Virus record (IMG/VR): IMGVR_UViG_3300025030_000039
Coordinates: 60,878-124,877 of that record
Source of the DNA: a virus
DNA length: 64,000 nt
Reading direction: 5' to 3' (one strand)
Positions 37,201 through 47,730 of this stretch are shown here, one piece after another (positions within the stretch are counted from its first letter, which is position 1; each line of letters starts with the position of its first letter). The position numbers were made by a program, and so were the translations under genes. The notes beneath the pieces were generated by a model that was not told the DNA's origin, ran no database searches, and was given only the letters and a program-made list of their open reading frames with translations.

Positions 37201-38792
37201 AATCTATTAAAATTACTTCCTGCAAATTTTGCTTGTATTATGATAGTATTTTTATTAACAATGGCTTCAAATAATCTTTTATTAGGATCTATATTATTAA
37301 TAGCATCTGTCATTGCTTCAGCTATTTCTTCTATTGTTCCGGCATTACTAAAATAATGATAATTAGATTGACCTGGAATAGTTAAAGTACTATCAGCGGA
37401 TACTTCACCAATATAACTTTCATCTCCAGTTAATTGTAATATATTATTTCCATCATAAAATTTAATAGTAAATCCATGTGGTAAAGTATCGTTAATAGTA
37501 AATATAGAATGTGATTTTCCTAATGATTCTAGAATTTCAACATTAGCATATGTTAAAGGATCAGATACACCTACAAAATTTCCAATATTTATTTTTGTTT
37601 CGGCTAATCTTAATTCATTATTCTTCCAAGTTGAACCATTTTTAATATTATAAAAAATATTATTTTTATCTTTAACATAAAAATAACTAGCTAAACTATT
37701 TAATATTGAAGATGATGGTAAATCTGTTATAGTATTAATATTTTTTAAATACAATAATATACCATTATCATTATTTAGAGTATAATTTAAATTATTTGTA
37801 TTAACAATAGTTTTAGTAGATGGAGGTTTAGGTAATTGAGATTTTTCTATATTCCATTTAGTATTAAATGCTTCCCCATCAATCACGAAGGATCCTTCTT
37901 CTATTTCATTAACATATAATCCAAAATATCTATGTAAATCATAATCATTAGCATTTTCATCTGAGAATAAAAATTCTAAATTAATTAAATTACTTGCTAT
38001 AATAGCATTTCGTTCAAACCCTTTTGTTATAAAGTATTCTGTCTCAATAATAGTCTTATCCTCAGTAATTAATTGTTGATATATCATTTCTCCTTTAGAA
38101 GCAAATCCTCCTTTATCATACGATATACCGTTCCAAGTTGTTAATCCGTATTTATCATTATCAAAGAATAAAGTTGATTGTGGATATAATGGATGATTAA
38201 TATGATTTCTTAAATATTTTCCAATATTACTATTTTCTTTTAAATTAAATGTTTTAATTAGTGTAGATTTCTTAATTATATTATCTACAAATTTAGTTTG
38301 ATCTAATATATCATTAATTTTACTTGTCTCAGAACTCTCATTTGCTGTATTAATTGTTACAGGACCATCAACTCTAAATATTATAAAATAGTTCGGTATG
38401 TTATTTTTATTTAACCATATAGGTGCAAACAATTTCATGTCTTCTGTATAGTTTTCAGATATATTTGCTCTTGTTCCATAATTATAAAACATTTCATATT
38501 GATCAGAATACTTATCTAATACTTTGGTAGTACTAGTAGACTCATATAATGCATATGCTAATTCTTTAGGAAATTTTCCTTTATCATAAAAATTAAAAAC
38601 ATCTTGACTATAATCTGATGCTGGATTAATTTTATATGCTTTAAATTTAGAACTTGACAATTCCTTATTACTATCAAATGATTCTAAATAAAGATTATCA
38701 AAAGAATCAACTAATAATTTAACATTTGACGTAATTTTTACATTAGTTCTTACTAATCCAAATGAAGTATCTAACAGAATTTGGTTGGCCAT
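34209..38792 (-). CDS. Large structural protein of 1527 aa, likely a tail fibre or baseplate component.
   Basis: Size and position between the late promoter-like element and the tail fibre gene, 9 nt upstream of it. Confidence 0.5.
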   Translation of the reverse strand: MANQILLDTSFGLVRTNVKITSNVKLLVDSFDNLYLESFDSNKELSSSKFKAYKINPASDYSQDVFNFYDKGKFPKELAYALYESTSTTKVLDKYSDQYEMFYNYGTRANISENYTEDMKLFAPIWLNKNNIPNYFIIFRVDGPVTINTANESSETSKINDILDQTKFVDNIIKKSTLIKTFNLKENSNIGKYLRNHINHPLYPQSTLFFDNDKYGLTTWNGISYDKGGFASKGEMIYQQLITEDKTIIETEYFITKGFERNAIIASNLINLEFLFSDENANDYDLHRYFGLYVNEIEEGSFVIDGEAFNTKWNIEKSQLPKPPSTKTIVNTNNLNYTLNNDNGILLYLKNINTITDLPSSSILNSLASYFYVKDKNNIFYNIKNGSTWKNNELRLAETKINIGNFVGVSDPLTYANVEILESLGKSHSIFTINDTLPHGFTIKFYDGNNILQLTGDESYIGEVSADSTLTIPGQSNYHYFSNAGTIEEIAEAMTDAINNIDPNKRLFEAIVNKNTIIIQAKFAGSNFNRLRFVLNELTLGDHISYFPNTNELENNFVGGTDKNQSRLKIKYEDISRFNINRYVKTDTGYGKIKDIVYYNDNISLYQDYRIVIIDGNQPYVDSLKQVSLFELFEPTFGRFSMYPIKDFDTDFYSTEYFEQGELFAEADEYNKVDSIYEQPIEKSSNPDILDFYSTGFGRLEGILEKDNADANGRDELTNEYDRLKENYLKELSTISRVIPYVNKWVYQDGKDVRNNDYRLNFSDAFGLYNFSPSAEVNGQDPDSFTHEWYLLSKYPNYFTDSDLQKSWSYFDTKVYDNIEQKGFIEFQNGFFQDITKDNFLNYFVVDRLNNGTNYITIDKQFRYNTFKFGNTNRFAETFFRGIKILVKQRSDAFINDKININYNLSSLNFVKNTKFNGYKFSCVLIPHQNIATIENPIITKHPTFQIKIVENKKWKTITMMIFLTIDYPYFDNNLDFIDRTLLYALKHNIAPSTGDQPFPSPYNYEDIKMQGAIDFISSRGTFPGPFTIKGMTDKDGVPTKFLDDIKVGPNGKYNKITFTINSGGGAGVYVIDEIVKIVNDNTLIAGVISRNGSTSVSFPSSLPMLQKLKEVNYYVIDGGYEVFKDRLKKASFSNIQKMVNQGDPEVIYESVEEDGTINYDQFLVELITPNEVIKPTYITRVEDDNKPVSLNLSSTIGYKLIMDTNIKLTPYYRQKGYYEPKFIDVIKYEDPYITKGYVGTYSEDLTWYEKQVFDLVRHTNTQFNLNSYFGIINNMFYHKVNVDNPDSILELSKNNSNTSVYPLIHEIGIDKKNFYLFSSNWDQGYYTYQKSKILTELVLGTRSQKEIPSFFASKVMTIPSQFILDTFTYALNTFDINIDLNNLNEEIFYSEINSVITLNIFIEKKLRNYLHDGVYNTFVKYINPLYSYGSKESIEDDVTEYINQNILPRYKISGIDLYIKQEKMDGATNYLPLTINNSDKLRSGMKIFNNFQVKGLNNSSFDISLIYNKILGYKTSIGLSIKIDKK

Positions 38793-38812
38793 ATTACAAT
38801 ATTACATAATTT

Positions 38813-38820
38813 ATTTATAT
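38813..38820 (-). promoter_or_regulatory. T4-type late promoter-like TATAAATA about 20 nt upstream of the 1527 aa structural gene.
   Basis: Exact tatttata on the plus strand in the 108 nt intergenic gap. Confidence 0.4.
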
Positions 38821-38842
38821 ATTAGAATTTTATAAAATTAAT

Positions 38843-38867
38843 AAAAAAGTCCCTATTACTAGAGACT
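38843..38867 (-). terminator. Hairpin with a G-U wobble followed by a U-run on the minus-strand transcript, downstream of the 1231 aa gene.
   Basis: The minus strand reads agtctctagtaatagggact followed by ttttttatt. Confidence 0.45.
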
Positions 38868-38900
38868 CTTTATTTATTTTATTTTTAAAAAATTAAATCG

Positions 38901-41900
38901 TTATTTACTTCCACTTCTATTAGAAGTACTAGATTCTGAACTTGTTTCAACTATACTTGGAGAAATAGATGATAATGTTTGTCTAACATCATCTAATGCA
39001 GCTTGTATATTTCTAGTTGGTATTTTATCTAGATTTAAATTATCTGATTTATATTTAGCAGAAATTTCTATATCAAATGAAAATATATTTTGATTATAAT
39101 CATATAAGTCAATACCCATTTTTTTAGCATAAATAATATTAGTAACAGTTGCATTTTTTTCGCCTGCAATATTTCCTAATCCTGTACTGCCTTGACCCCA
39201 ATAATCTGTCATTCTAAATTGGAATATAATTGGAATACGAATAGAATTAGTCGAACCAAATTTTAATTCTTTTATAGATATAGCACTTTTTCCATCAACT
39301 ATTAAATCATCATGTGTATTTGAAGCTAAAAATAAATAACAACCACAAGATCTTTTTCCTAATAAATATTGATCATTAGAATCAAAAGATGTTTTAATAG
39401 TTCTATTATATACTATATCAGATATTGTACCACCTGCATTTGTTATATCAATAGCATTTGTTACCGATGCATCATATAAATACAAATTTTGTTTTTTACC
39501 TAATTTAGATGATGCACTTAAAGGTGCAAATCTTGATTGTATAAATAATTGTTTTGCTAAAGTACTCCATGGATCAACAATAACATCAGGTAAAGTAGTT
39601 CCTGTAATAGTGTTATACATTGAAATAAAAGTAGTTTTATTTTTAATATATGGATGTTCTATATGAAGTTCAATAGTATCATCAATAGATGAATCAAAAT
39701 CATTAGCTCTATATGGATCACCAGATGGATTAAAATTAGCACCCCATATAAAATCAGTAGTTAAACTACTTGTACCTAATATAGTTCTTCCATAAGAATA
39801 TTCAGCGTCATTAACATTAGTAATTTTAGTACCTGTTTCAATACCATTCATATCAGGTTGATCATATGAATAAAATATTTCCTCTGATGCAACATCTTTA
39901 TATCTACAATAGATAAATTGTGATTTAACTTGTGATGATTGAAATGGATTTTTAACATTTATTTCTGAATCAACTGTTGTAGGATTAGCTAATACTATTG
40001 GAACTAAATCATATTTTAATTTAGTATTATAAGTATCATCTGTACTTGAATATGAAGGATTACCTTCTATTAAAATACTGTTATTATTATAATATGAATA
40101 AGAAGCTGGAATTATATTTGGAGAAGTTGATGGTTCTGATGCATTAACTTTTCTAGTGTAACTGCCTGGTATTCTAGATATTAATTCTAATGTAGTTGCT
40201 TCAGAATTTTCTAATGTAAGGAAGAATGTTTTGCTCACAATAACTCCTTTTTTAATATCTAAATCTTTAACAATATCAGAATAATATCCAGCAAAGAATT
40301 TATTTAATTGATTTTTCTTAATTAAAGTTTCATTTCCATTTTCATCAATCATTTTAATAACCAAATTACCTTTAGCTTTCTTAAGTATTTCTTCTAATTG
40401 AGCTAATCTTGTTTCATAAGATACTAATTTATCAAATAATGTAATAGGAGTTTGTTCTGGACTTAAAAATCCTGATGCGATTTTAGTTGAGTCATGCGCA
40501 AAATAATTCTCTTTAGCAGTAAATGAATCAGAAATATGTTGTAATACTCCTTTAGAAGATAAATCTTCTTGCATATTTACTTGTGCTAATTGAATAGTAT
40601 TATTTTCAACTATTTGAGATAAAGCATCTTCATTACCTAAATTATCTGGAAAATCTTTTCTTATTATAGTAGACCAATCAGATTTTGCAGGGTTGCTTGG
40701 CCAGCCCGCTTCACTTACTGTTCTAACTTTTATTTCAATTGATTCACCTTTGCTTATAGGAATATCAATTGTATTAATATTATTTTGATCTCCATCTTCT
40801 GGATTTTCTTCTTTCCAAATATATCTATTTAGTACTTCATCAAATATTCTTTCTCTAATTTTTCCTTCTACTTCAACCCATGGAGACCATGTACCTCTTT
40901 TTTCAACACCACCATCAGAAAAATTATATTGTTTAGTATTAGATAAATTGCCGTCTTTAGATAAATATCTATAAGCATATATAAATTGAATAATAGTTTG
41001 ATCTCCAGTTTCAATAGAGTATTTAGGTTTAGGCATTGGAAAATAACCTCTTAAATGGTATTTTCTTTTTACATCAGTTAAATTTTGATCTTTTACTTTA
41101 GCATCTACTTGTTTAATGAGTGAAGAAAATAATTGAGATTTTGAATTTCTTTCAGTTATTAATTTATTTTGTTCTGTTTTATCAGTTTCTTTTTGCGATG
41201 AATTACCTTTATAATTCTTTGTTGCTATAGTTTCTTTTTTATTAAAAATAGCTTTATCAATTTCTTTAATTTCATTTTCTAATGAAATCTTATCTTTATG
41301 TAAAGTTTCTAATTCTTTAATAGACTTATTAGCAGTAATATGATCATTAATTTGTACAACTTCAAAATTAGTATCTACTAAAATAGGTATATCAGGTGTA
41401 ATAGCTAATATAGATGGTGGTATATTATCTTTAGCCATTGATCTTAAAAATACACTAAAATCAGTTACCTCATTTTTATAATAAGTTTCTAATTTTTGAG
41501 TTTGACCATTAACATTTATTTGTAATTCATTTGTATAAAATGAAGAACCTAATGACCAATTTTTAGCAGGTATTTTAGAATCAGGATCAATTGGTTTTAA
41601 AAATACAACGCAATATTGATCATATCCTATTCCTATTTGAGCTTCAATTGTATCAGCTTTCTCATTAAAGAATATTAAAGTATTTGTACCTATTTGAATA
41701 CTTCTTTGACCTTCTAATAATTCCAGTACAATACTGTTTGTTGATGAATCTATAGAAGTAATTTTGTATTTAGTGTCCAATGGACTAGAATTTACTATAA
41801 GATGATCACCTACTCTTAAACTAACTGTATCGGAAAATTTAGAATCATTATCAGTATAAGTTAATTTATTTAATTTATAAAGTTTTCTTCTTTTAATTAT

Positions 41901-42596
41901 TGTTACACCATTAATAGTTTCTTCTACATTAGTATCATTAATTCTTAATACATTAAATGTTCCGGTATATCTAATTGTTCTTGGTGGAATATCCATTATT
42001 TCATCATCTGGTATATAAGATATTTTCATATCTATAATATCTTTTAAGAATGTTGAATATTGTATATCAGATTTATTTTTATAATTGTTATCATACCATG
42101 TTTTTTTAGTAAGTGTATCTAGATTCAAAATAAATTTTGATACCATTATTTTTTCAATATCATTAGAAACCTGTCCAGTGATATCAAAAGAAACATACAT
42201 AAATGGATTAATAAAATTTTCAAAGAAATAATTATTTTGTATATCGAAATTGGTTATAGTATTTAGTTCCTTTAAATCATTTGCTTCTCTTTTTATATCG
42301 GTAACAAATATCTTTCTGAATGTTCCATCTGGCATTCTTAAATTACTTTGACTAGTACTAATTCCTCCTAATGATTCAATATTATTATTTAATCTTTCAA
42401 TTTCGCCTTTAAGAAAACCAAAACTTGGAATAAATATTCTTTTAATATTATTATTACTATCAACAAGATCAAGAGCAACTGTTTCATTACTAGTAGTAAT
42501 TGCTTCAGTTACTTTGTCGAATGATTCCATAGAATTATTAAATTGCTTTAATAATTCAGGTAACATTGTAGATATACTATTTATGCTTTCTTTCAT
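38901..42596 (-). CDS. Large structural protein of 1231 aa (tail fibre or baseplate).
   Basis: Size and operon context. Confidence 0.5.
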   Translation of the reverse strand: MKESINSISTMLPELLKQFNNSMESFDKVTEAITTSNETVALDLVDSNNNIKRIFIPSFGFLKGEIERLNNNIESLGGISTSQSNLRMPDGTFRKIFVTDIKREANDLKELNTITNFDIQNNYFFENFINPFMYVSFDITGQVSNDIEKIMVSKFILNLDTLTKKTWYDNNYKNKSDIQYSTFLKDIIDMKISYIPDDEIMDIPPRTIRYTGTFNVLRINDTNVEETINGVTIIKRRKLYKLNKLTYTDNDSKFSDTVSLRVGDHLIVNSSPLDTKYKITSIDSSTNSIVLELLEGQRSIQIGTNTLIFFNEKADTIEAQIGIGYDQYCVVFLKPIDPDSKIPAKNWSLGSSFYTNELQINVNGQTQKLETYYKNEVTDFSVFLRSMAKDNIPPSILAITPDIPILVDTNFEVVQINDHITANKSIKELETLHKDKISLENEIKEIDKAIFNKKETIATKNYKGNSSQKETDKTEQNKLITERNSKSQLFSSLIKQVDAKVKDQNLTDVKRKYHLRGYFPMPKPKYSIETGDQTIIQFIYAYRYLSKDGNLSNTKQYNFSDGGVEKRGTWSPWVEVEGKIRERIFDEVLNRYIWKEENPEDGDQNNINTIDIPISKGESIEIKVRTVSEAGWPSNPAKSDWSTIIRKDFPDNLGNEDALSQIVENNTIQLAQVNMQEDLSSKGVLQHISDSFTAKENYFAHDSTKIASGFLSPEQTPITLFDKLVSYETRLAQLEEILKKAKGNLVIKMIDENGNETLIKKNQLNKFFAGYYSDIVKDLDIKKGVIVSKTFFLTLENSEATTLELISRIPGSYTRKVNASEPSTSPNIIPASYSYYNNNSILIEGNPSYSSTDDTYNTKLKYDLVPIVLANPTTVDSEINVKNPFQSSQVKSQFIYCRYKDVASEEIFYSYDQPDMNGIETGTKITNVNDAEYSYGRTILGTSSLTTDFIWGANFNPSGDPYRANDFDSSIDDTIELHIEHPYIKNKTTFISMYNTITGTTLPDVIVDPWSTLAKQLFIQSRFAPLSASSKLGKKQNLYLYDASVTNAIDITNAGGTISDIVYNRTIKTSFDSNDQYLLGKRSCGCYLFLASNTHDDLIVDGKSAISIKELKFGSTNSIRIPIIFQFRMTDYWGQGSTGLGNIAGEKNATVTNIIYAKKMGIDLYDYNQNIFSFDIEISAKYKSDNLNLDKIPTRNIQAALDDVRQTLSSISPSIVETSSESSTSNRSGSK

Positions 42597-42611
42597 TATT
42601 AATAAAATTAA

Positions 42612-43712
42612 TTATTTTGATTCTTCTTTCCATGCATCTATTGCAGCCTGCATTGTTTCATAATCTTCTTTATGTTCTTTATAAAATTTCTCGGCTTCAG
42701 CTGCATCATTTAAAGATAATTTATATGTTCTACTTATAATTAAATGATTAACGCATTTATTCAAAAATACTTTATAATTGTCACTTTCTCTTAATGCAAG
42801 TGCAGCATCACCTATTAAACTATTATATCTATCCCATACTTCTTTTACTTCTCTTTCTTTAATATTACTATCTAATAGTTTTAAATCATCTTCCATATCA
42901 ACAAAACTAAATGCTTCTATTGCAGTAAATCCATATTTTTGTTGTAGGTCAATCCATCGTTGACTATGTTTATAAGGATCTGAACCTATTTGAGATTTTC
43001 TTTCAGATGATCTTTCTCTATGTAATGAATTATAAACATTTTGTAAAACACTACTAACTTCGCCTGGTTTATCTTTCATTAATTCATCAAGTTTTAATAA
43101 TATAGGACTTATGTTTTTTTCATATCTATTATAATCTTCTGGATTACCTGAAGTTCTACCTCTTGTAGCATCATTAACATCCTTATAATCTTTTTTAATT
43201 TGTCCATCTGCCATTTTATCAAAATTTCCATATGCAAATTTTTCATCATCAGTTGCAGTATCGGTCTTTAATGCATTAGCATCTTTAATTCCTTTTAATT
43301 GTTCTCCCCTAAAAACTTTTCTTAAATATACATTAGTGCCTGCTATTTGCTGCGCATCCTTTTCCATTTCGTTTGCTGTATCTAAAATTGGATCATTTTT
43401 CTTTTTAATTATTTGATCTAATTTAGATATATCAAAATATTCATTAGCTAAAATCATTTCTCTAACTTTACGTCTAGCTGCATCAGTATTTTGAGCTGCT
43501 TCTAATCTTAGTGCATTTACTTTCTTCATTATTTTTCTAATCTTAGGAGCAGTAAACATCCAATTTCCTATTTTACTAAAAATACCTTCTTCAATTAATT
43601 CCATTAAAATTTCATAATCTTCAATAGATTCAATTAAATAATTTTCATTATTTTTAATTTCAATTTTTTTAGAAAAATTTTCATATTTATTAATATATTT
43701 CATTTCTTTCAT
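42612..43712 (-). CDS. Hypothetical protein, probably structural or assembly.
   Basis: ORF. Confidence 0.4.
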   Translation of the reverse strand: MKEMKYINKYENFSKKIEIKNNENYLIESIEDYEILMELIEEGIFSKIGNWMFTAPKIRKIMKKVNALRLEAAQNTDAARRKVREMILANEYFDISKLDQIIKKKNDPILDTANEMEKDAQQIAGTNVYLRKVFRGEQLKGIKDANALKTDTATDDEKFAYGNFDKMADGQIKKDYKDVNDATRGRTSGNPEDYNRYEKNISPILLKLDELMKDKPGEVSSVLQNVYNSLHRERSSERKSQIGSDPYKHSQRWIDLQQKYGFTAIEAFSFVDMEDDLKLLDSNIKEREVKEVWDRYNSLIGDAALALRESDNYKVFLNKCVNHLIISRTYKLSLNDAAEAEKFYKEHKEDYETMQAAIDAWKEESK

Positions 43713-43716
43713 TTTT

Positions 43717-45819
43717 TTATCTAATTATATCTACATCAAATGTATAGCTTTGACTATTTAAACAAATTAATTCAAATATAGGTCTTGCACTTAATAAATC
43801 TAAATATGATATAGTTGCTATTTTTAATCCATATTGTCCATTTCCAAATACATTTGCTTTATCTGTATATATTTCTATACTGTATTCTTGTAAAAGTAAT
43901 TCTGTAGGAAATACAAATTTAATAATTTGACCCTTTTCAAAACTTCTATTAGCATCATTTATATAAATTTTAAGAGTATTTAAAGCAGTATTAATTGTAT
44001 ATAATCTACACATATTAGTAAATTCCAATAACTCAAAATATACTCTAATATCAGATCTATTTAAATCTAACTCATGATTAAATTCAGCTGAAATTTCTTT
44101 ATCATTTATATCATACGGAATAACAATATTATATTCTTGATTTACGTTGTTTATAATAACTCTATTTGGAACACTTTTATCTAATCGTACTCCTTTTCCA
44201 CTTTGTAATACATTTGTATTATAAGTTAAATTAATTGAAAGATTTCCACTTATAATATTTTGTATCTCGTCAGAATTAGCAGCTATTAAATCTAATAATG
44301 TTGTACTACTAGCAAAAGCTAATTGAGCATTATTTAATTGTGTTTGTAAATCTTCAATTCTAGTTTCTAATGTTTGAATTGAATCTAATGCATAAGATGT
44401 ATTTTCTAAATCTGTAACTCTTATTTTTAAATCTCCTAATTCTAATATTCCATTTGTTAATATAACTGAAGCCTCCTGTAATTTAGCAGTAGCTTCAGAA
44501 AATAAACCCATTGAAAAATTATTATATTCATTTACTATTGTAAATACTCCACCTTGTTCAATAGAAACATCTTGTTTAGTATTAAGACTTAATCCATATG
44601 AATTTCCATTTAATTTAGTAATTTCATTCGGTTTATATTTTTTAAATCTTGGTATATAACCACCATCACTAGTAGATTTAACATTATCTAAAAATAATAT
44701 TCCATAAAGATTTGTAGCTCTATCTAATACTTGTGTTGCATCAAAAATATCATAATAAATAAGAACGGCATTAAATTCAAAATTTTTAGATTTTGCCATT
44801 GAATTATATTGTTGAATATTTTGAATATTAGAATCATTAATAATATCATAATAACTTTCAGGTTCAAAATCAACAGAAATTCCGTCTAATTTTGATCTTT
44901 TATATGCAACTCCACCACTTTGTCCAGCTACATAATCATCATAATATTTTTTAATATTAACATTAGTAGGATCTGTAAATGAATTTAGTTCTGTAAAATA
45001 ACTATTTACGTTACCGCCACTAATTGATTCATTATGCCAATTAGCATTAGGATCAGTATAGTCAACTGATGCATCATAATCATAAAAAGCATTAATGCTT
45101 AATCCATCAGGATGTATAGTACCTGAAGTTCTTCCTTGTAAATATTCTCCAGATCCTGTTATAATAAGATTAGGTTTATAATTAGTATCTGAAAGTGCAT
45201 CAAATAAAACCATTGGTGTATTACCAACTAATGTAGGTATTCTAATATAAACTTCCGTATACGTTTCTCCTGCAAGTTCTACACTATTCATTACATCTAA
45301 TTCACCTATATATGTTACAACTTTTTGGTATCTTGTTGTTCCTGTTAAATTTTCATCTTCTTCTACAAATCTAGGTGCTCCTATATTAGTATTTACTTCC
45401 GTAGAAGTAGCTTCTCTAAATCTTATTGCACCTATTTCTTTTAACCATTTAAAAAATATTCTTTCAGAAGTAGATTTCTTAGATGATGCATCATAATCAG
45501 TATCAGATAATACTAAAGCTTCCATATTTAAAACGTAATTTTGAAAACTTTGTATTAAATCAACATTTGGATCACCCGTTAATCCACCATTAAATAAAGT
45601 ACCATCAATAGTTTCTAATTGAACATAATTTTCATAATGTCCAAATGTAGCAAAATCTAATTTACTTATATTTGGAATATTCAAACATACAAATTTTGAA
45701 AATTCAAGTTTTAAATTTTCATTTGCTTTTATTTTTGTAAAATCTCGAGCAGCAGAAGAAAAAGCATAGAAAGTTCCGCCTTGTATATTTAAATTCTTAA
45801 TAAGTGGACCGGATGCCAT
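43717..45819 (-). CDS. Hypothetical structural protein of 700 aa.
   Basis: ORF in the late module. Confidence 0.4.
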   Translation of the reverse strand: MASGPLIKNLNIQGGTFYAFSSAARDFTKIKANENLKLEFSKFVCLNIPNISKLDFATFGHYENYVQLETIDGTLFNGGLTGDPNVDLIQSFQNYVLNMEALVLSDTDYDASSKKSTSERIFFKWLKEIGAIRFREATSTEVNTNIGAPRFVEEDENLTGTTRYQKVVTYIGELDVMNSVELAGETYTEVYIRIPTLVGNTPMVLFDALSDTNYKPNLIITGSGEYLQGRTSGTIHPDGLSINAFYDYDASVDYTDPNANWHNESISGGNVNSYFTELNSFTDPTNVNIKKYYDDYVAGQSGGVAYKRSKLDGISVDFEPESYYDIINDSNIQNIQQYNSMAKSKNFEFNAVLIYYDIFDATQVLDRATNLYGILFLDNVKSTSDGGYIPRFKKYKPNEITKLNGNSYGLSLNTKQDVSIEQGGVFTIVNEYNNFSMGLFSEATAKLQEASVILTNGILELGDLKIRVTDLENTSYALDSIQTLETRIEDLQTQLNNAQLAFASSTTLLDLIAANSDEIQNIISGNLSINLTYNTNVLQSGKGVRLDKSVPNRVIINNVNQEYNIVIPYDINDKEISAEFNHELDLNRSDIRVYFELLEFTNMCRLYTINTALNTLKIYINDANRSFEKGQIIKFVFPTELLLQEYSIEIYTDKANVFGNGQYGLKIATISYLDLLSARPIFELICLNSQSYTFDVDIIR

Positions 45820-47023
45820 AATTGTAATTTTTATTATTTATTATATATTCATTTTTATAAACCCAGAAGTACCCATTATATATACTTTTATCAGATATTG
45901 ATTTCCTAATTTTTATTAAATTATAATTAAGCTCTTTTATTTCTCCTATGTTATACCATTCTTTTACTATATTACTATTAATATCTAATTGTAAAATAGG
46001 TTTAGATGAATGGTTATTTTTTCCTTTTTTACCATACATTCCATTTTTACTACCCATTTTAGATTCGCTTAATTTTTTTCTATATTCTGTACTATTCATT
46101 GCATTTCTCCATGCTTCTGAATTCTTAATTGCCTCACTCATTTTTTTGCTATATTCTTTACTTTGCATAGCAATCTTGTGTGCCTCAGAATTTTTAATTA
46201 TTTCAGATCTTTTTGTTCTATATTCTTCACTTTGCATAACAATCTTATGTGCATTTGAATTTTTAAGTGCTTCACTTTGCTTTTTTCTATTAGCATCTAT
46301 ACTATAATATTTTTTTAAACTATTACTTACTTTTTTATTGCGCTCTTTACTTCGCATAGCGATCTTATGTGCCTCAGAATTTTTAATAATTTTACTCATT
46401 AATATACTTCTTTCTTCACTATGTATATAAGTTTGAAATTTTTCTGAGTTTTTTAATGATTCACTTATTTTTTTACCATGTTCTTCACTATGTATGCTAT
46501 TTTGAAATTTTTCAGAATTTTTTAATGATTCGCTTAATTTTTTTCTATATTCTGTACTTTTCATAAGAGTCTTATGAATTTCAGAATTTTTTAATCCATC
46601 TGAAAGCTTTTTTAAATATACTGGATCTAAATATAATTGTTTTCTTATTATTGAATTTTTTAATCCATCTGAAATTTTTTTTCTTATTTCTTCGCTCGGA
46701 TTTAATTTTATTAAACTTATTTTTTTCTTAGTTTCTTCACTATGCTTTAAGTTAGTCATAGGAGCTTCACCACCTAAAGAAATGTTATAACCTATACTTT
46801 TATTACTTGAATTATAATAAGATATCCAATATATTTCTCTATCATTTAAATACTCTCTTTTTTCACATTCCTCAAGTATTTCTTTCTTAAAGTTTTCTTT
46901 TCCATATTTATTTATTGCTTTTATAATAAGCAAACCTGATCCTAAATATTCAGGATCATTTTTGTATGATTGTCCAATATAAATTTTATTGTTAATCAAA
47001 TTTGTAGTTTTATAAATTATCAT
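45797..47023 (-). CDS. GIY-YIG homing endonuclease with an unusually long array of about 12 NUMOD3-like DNA-binding repeats.
   Basis: IYKTTN...KIYIGQS gives the GIY and YIG motifs; repeated SEExRKKISExLKNS modules. The ORF overlaps the start of the adjacent structural gene by 23 nt. Confidence 0.85.
   Translation of the reverse strand: MIIYKTTNLINNKIYIGQSYKNDPEYLGSGLLIIKAINKYGKENFKKEILEECEKREYLNDREIYWISYYNSSNKSIGYNISLGGEAPMTNLKHSEETKKKISLIKLNPSEEIRKKISDGLKNSIIRKQLYLDPVYLKKLSDGLKNSEIHKTLMKSTEYRKKLSESLKNSEKFQNSIHSEEHGKKISESLKNSEKFQTYIHSEERSILMSKIIKNSEAHKIAMRSKERNKKVSNSLKKYYSIDANRKKQSEALKNSNAHKIVMQSEEYRTKRSEIIKNSEAHKIAMQSKEYSKKMSEAIKNSEAWRNAMNSTEYRKKLSESKMGSKNGMYGKKGKNNHSSKPILQLDINSNIVKEWYNIGEIKELNYNLIKIRKSISDKSIYNGYFWVYKNEYIINNKNYNYGIRSTY
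46060..46740 (-). repeat. Tandem degenerate coding repeats of about 48 to 51 nt each (NUMOD3-like modules).
   Basis: Repetitive DNA; it produces the spurious plus-strand ORF 45948..46307 with a repeated peptide. Confidence 0.6.
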
Positions 47024-47098
47024 AATGACATATTTTATTATATATCATATAACCAACATGTAATTGTATAATTTATATATAAGTGCTATGTGACTTAT

Positions 47099-47716
47099 TT
47101 ATACTATTGAATATAAATGTCCTCCAAGTATATACCATTCTTTAGTTCCAACATCGTTTGTAATACACAATAATTTTACAGTCTGTCCAACAGTATTTAA
47201 ATCTATTTGACTTGTTCCCATAAAAGGAACACTACCTCCTGCTATAATTGATACTGTACCACTATTAGCTTTATCATATACAAAAGTAATTTCTTGTCCT
47301 ATTTCGCCTTCAAATAATTCAATTATTACAGGTTGTGTACCATTAGGATTTGTAACTCTATAAATACCATACTCTGGTACAGAGGTTCCGGAACCAATAC
47401 TTGTATCATCACTTATTGTATTTGAAAAAATATTATTTGATAATATTTTTCCTGTTAAATTTACATCTCCATTAATAGTTATATCAGTATTTAATGAAGA
47501 GTTTGATGCTGATATAGATAATAATGTTGTATTTAATCCAACTACAAGATTATCACTAGATATACTATTCATATTATCTAAGATTGCACTTGATGGATCA
47601 AAATATGTTTCAATTAAATTTATCTCATTTTTTAAAACAGTAAAATTTGTATTAATTACTGTTCTAGATCCAGATAATGAATCTGTACCTAAAATTTCCG
47701 TTACGGCTATACTCAT
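47099..47716 (-). CDS. Hypothetical Ser/Thr/Asn-rich structural protein.
   Basis: ORF. Confidence 0.4.
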   Translation of the reverse strand: MSIAVTEILGTDSLSGSRTVINTNFTVLKNEINLIETYFDPSSAILDNMNSISSDNLVVGLNTTLLSISASNSSLNTDITINGDVNLTGKILSNNIFSNTISDDTSIGSGTSVPEYGIYRVTNPNGTQPVIIELFEGEIGQEITFVYDKANSGTVSIIAGGSVPFMGTSQIDLNTVGQTVKLLCITNDVGTKEWYILGGHLYSIV

Positions 47717-47730
47717 AGTTTATATTTTAT

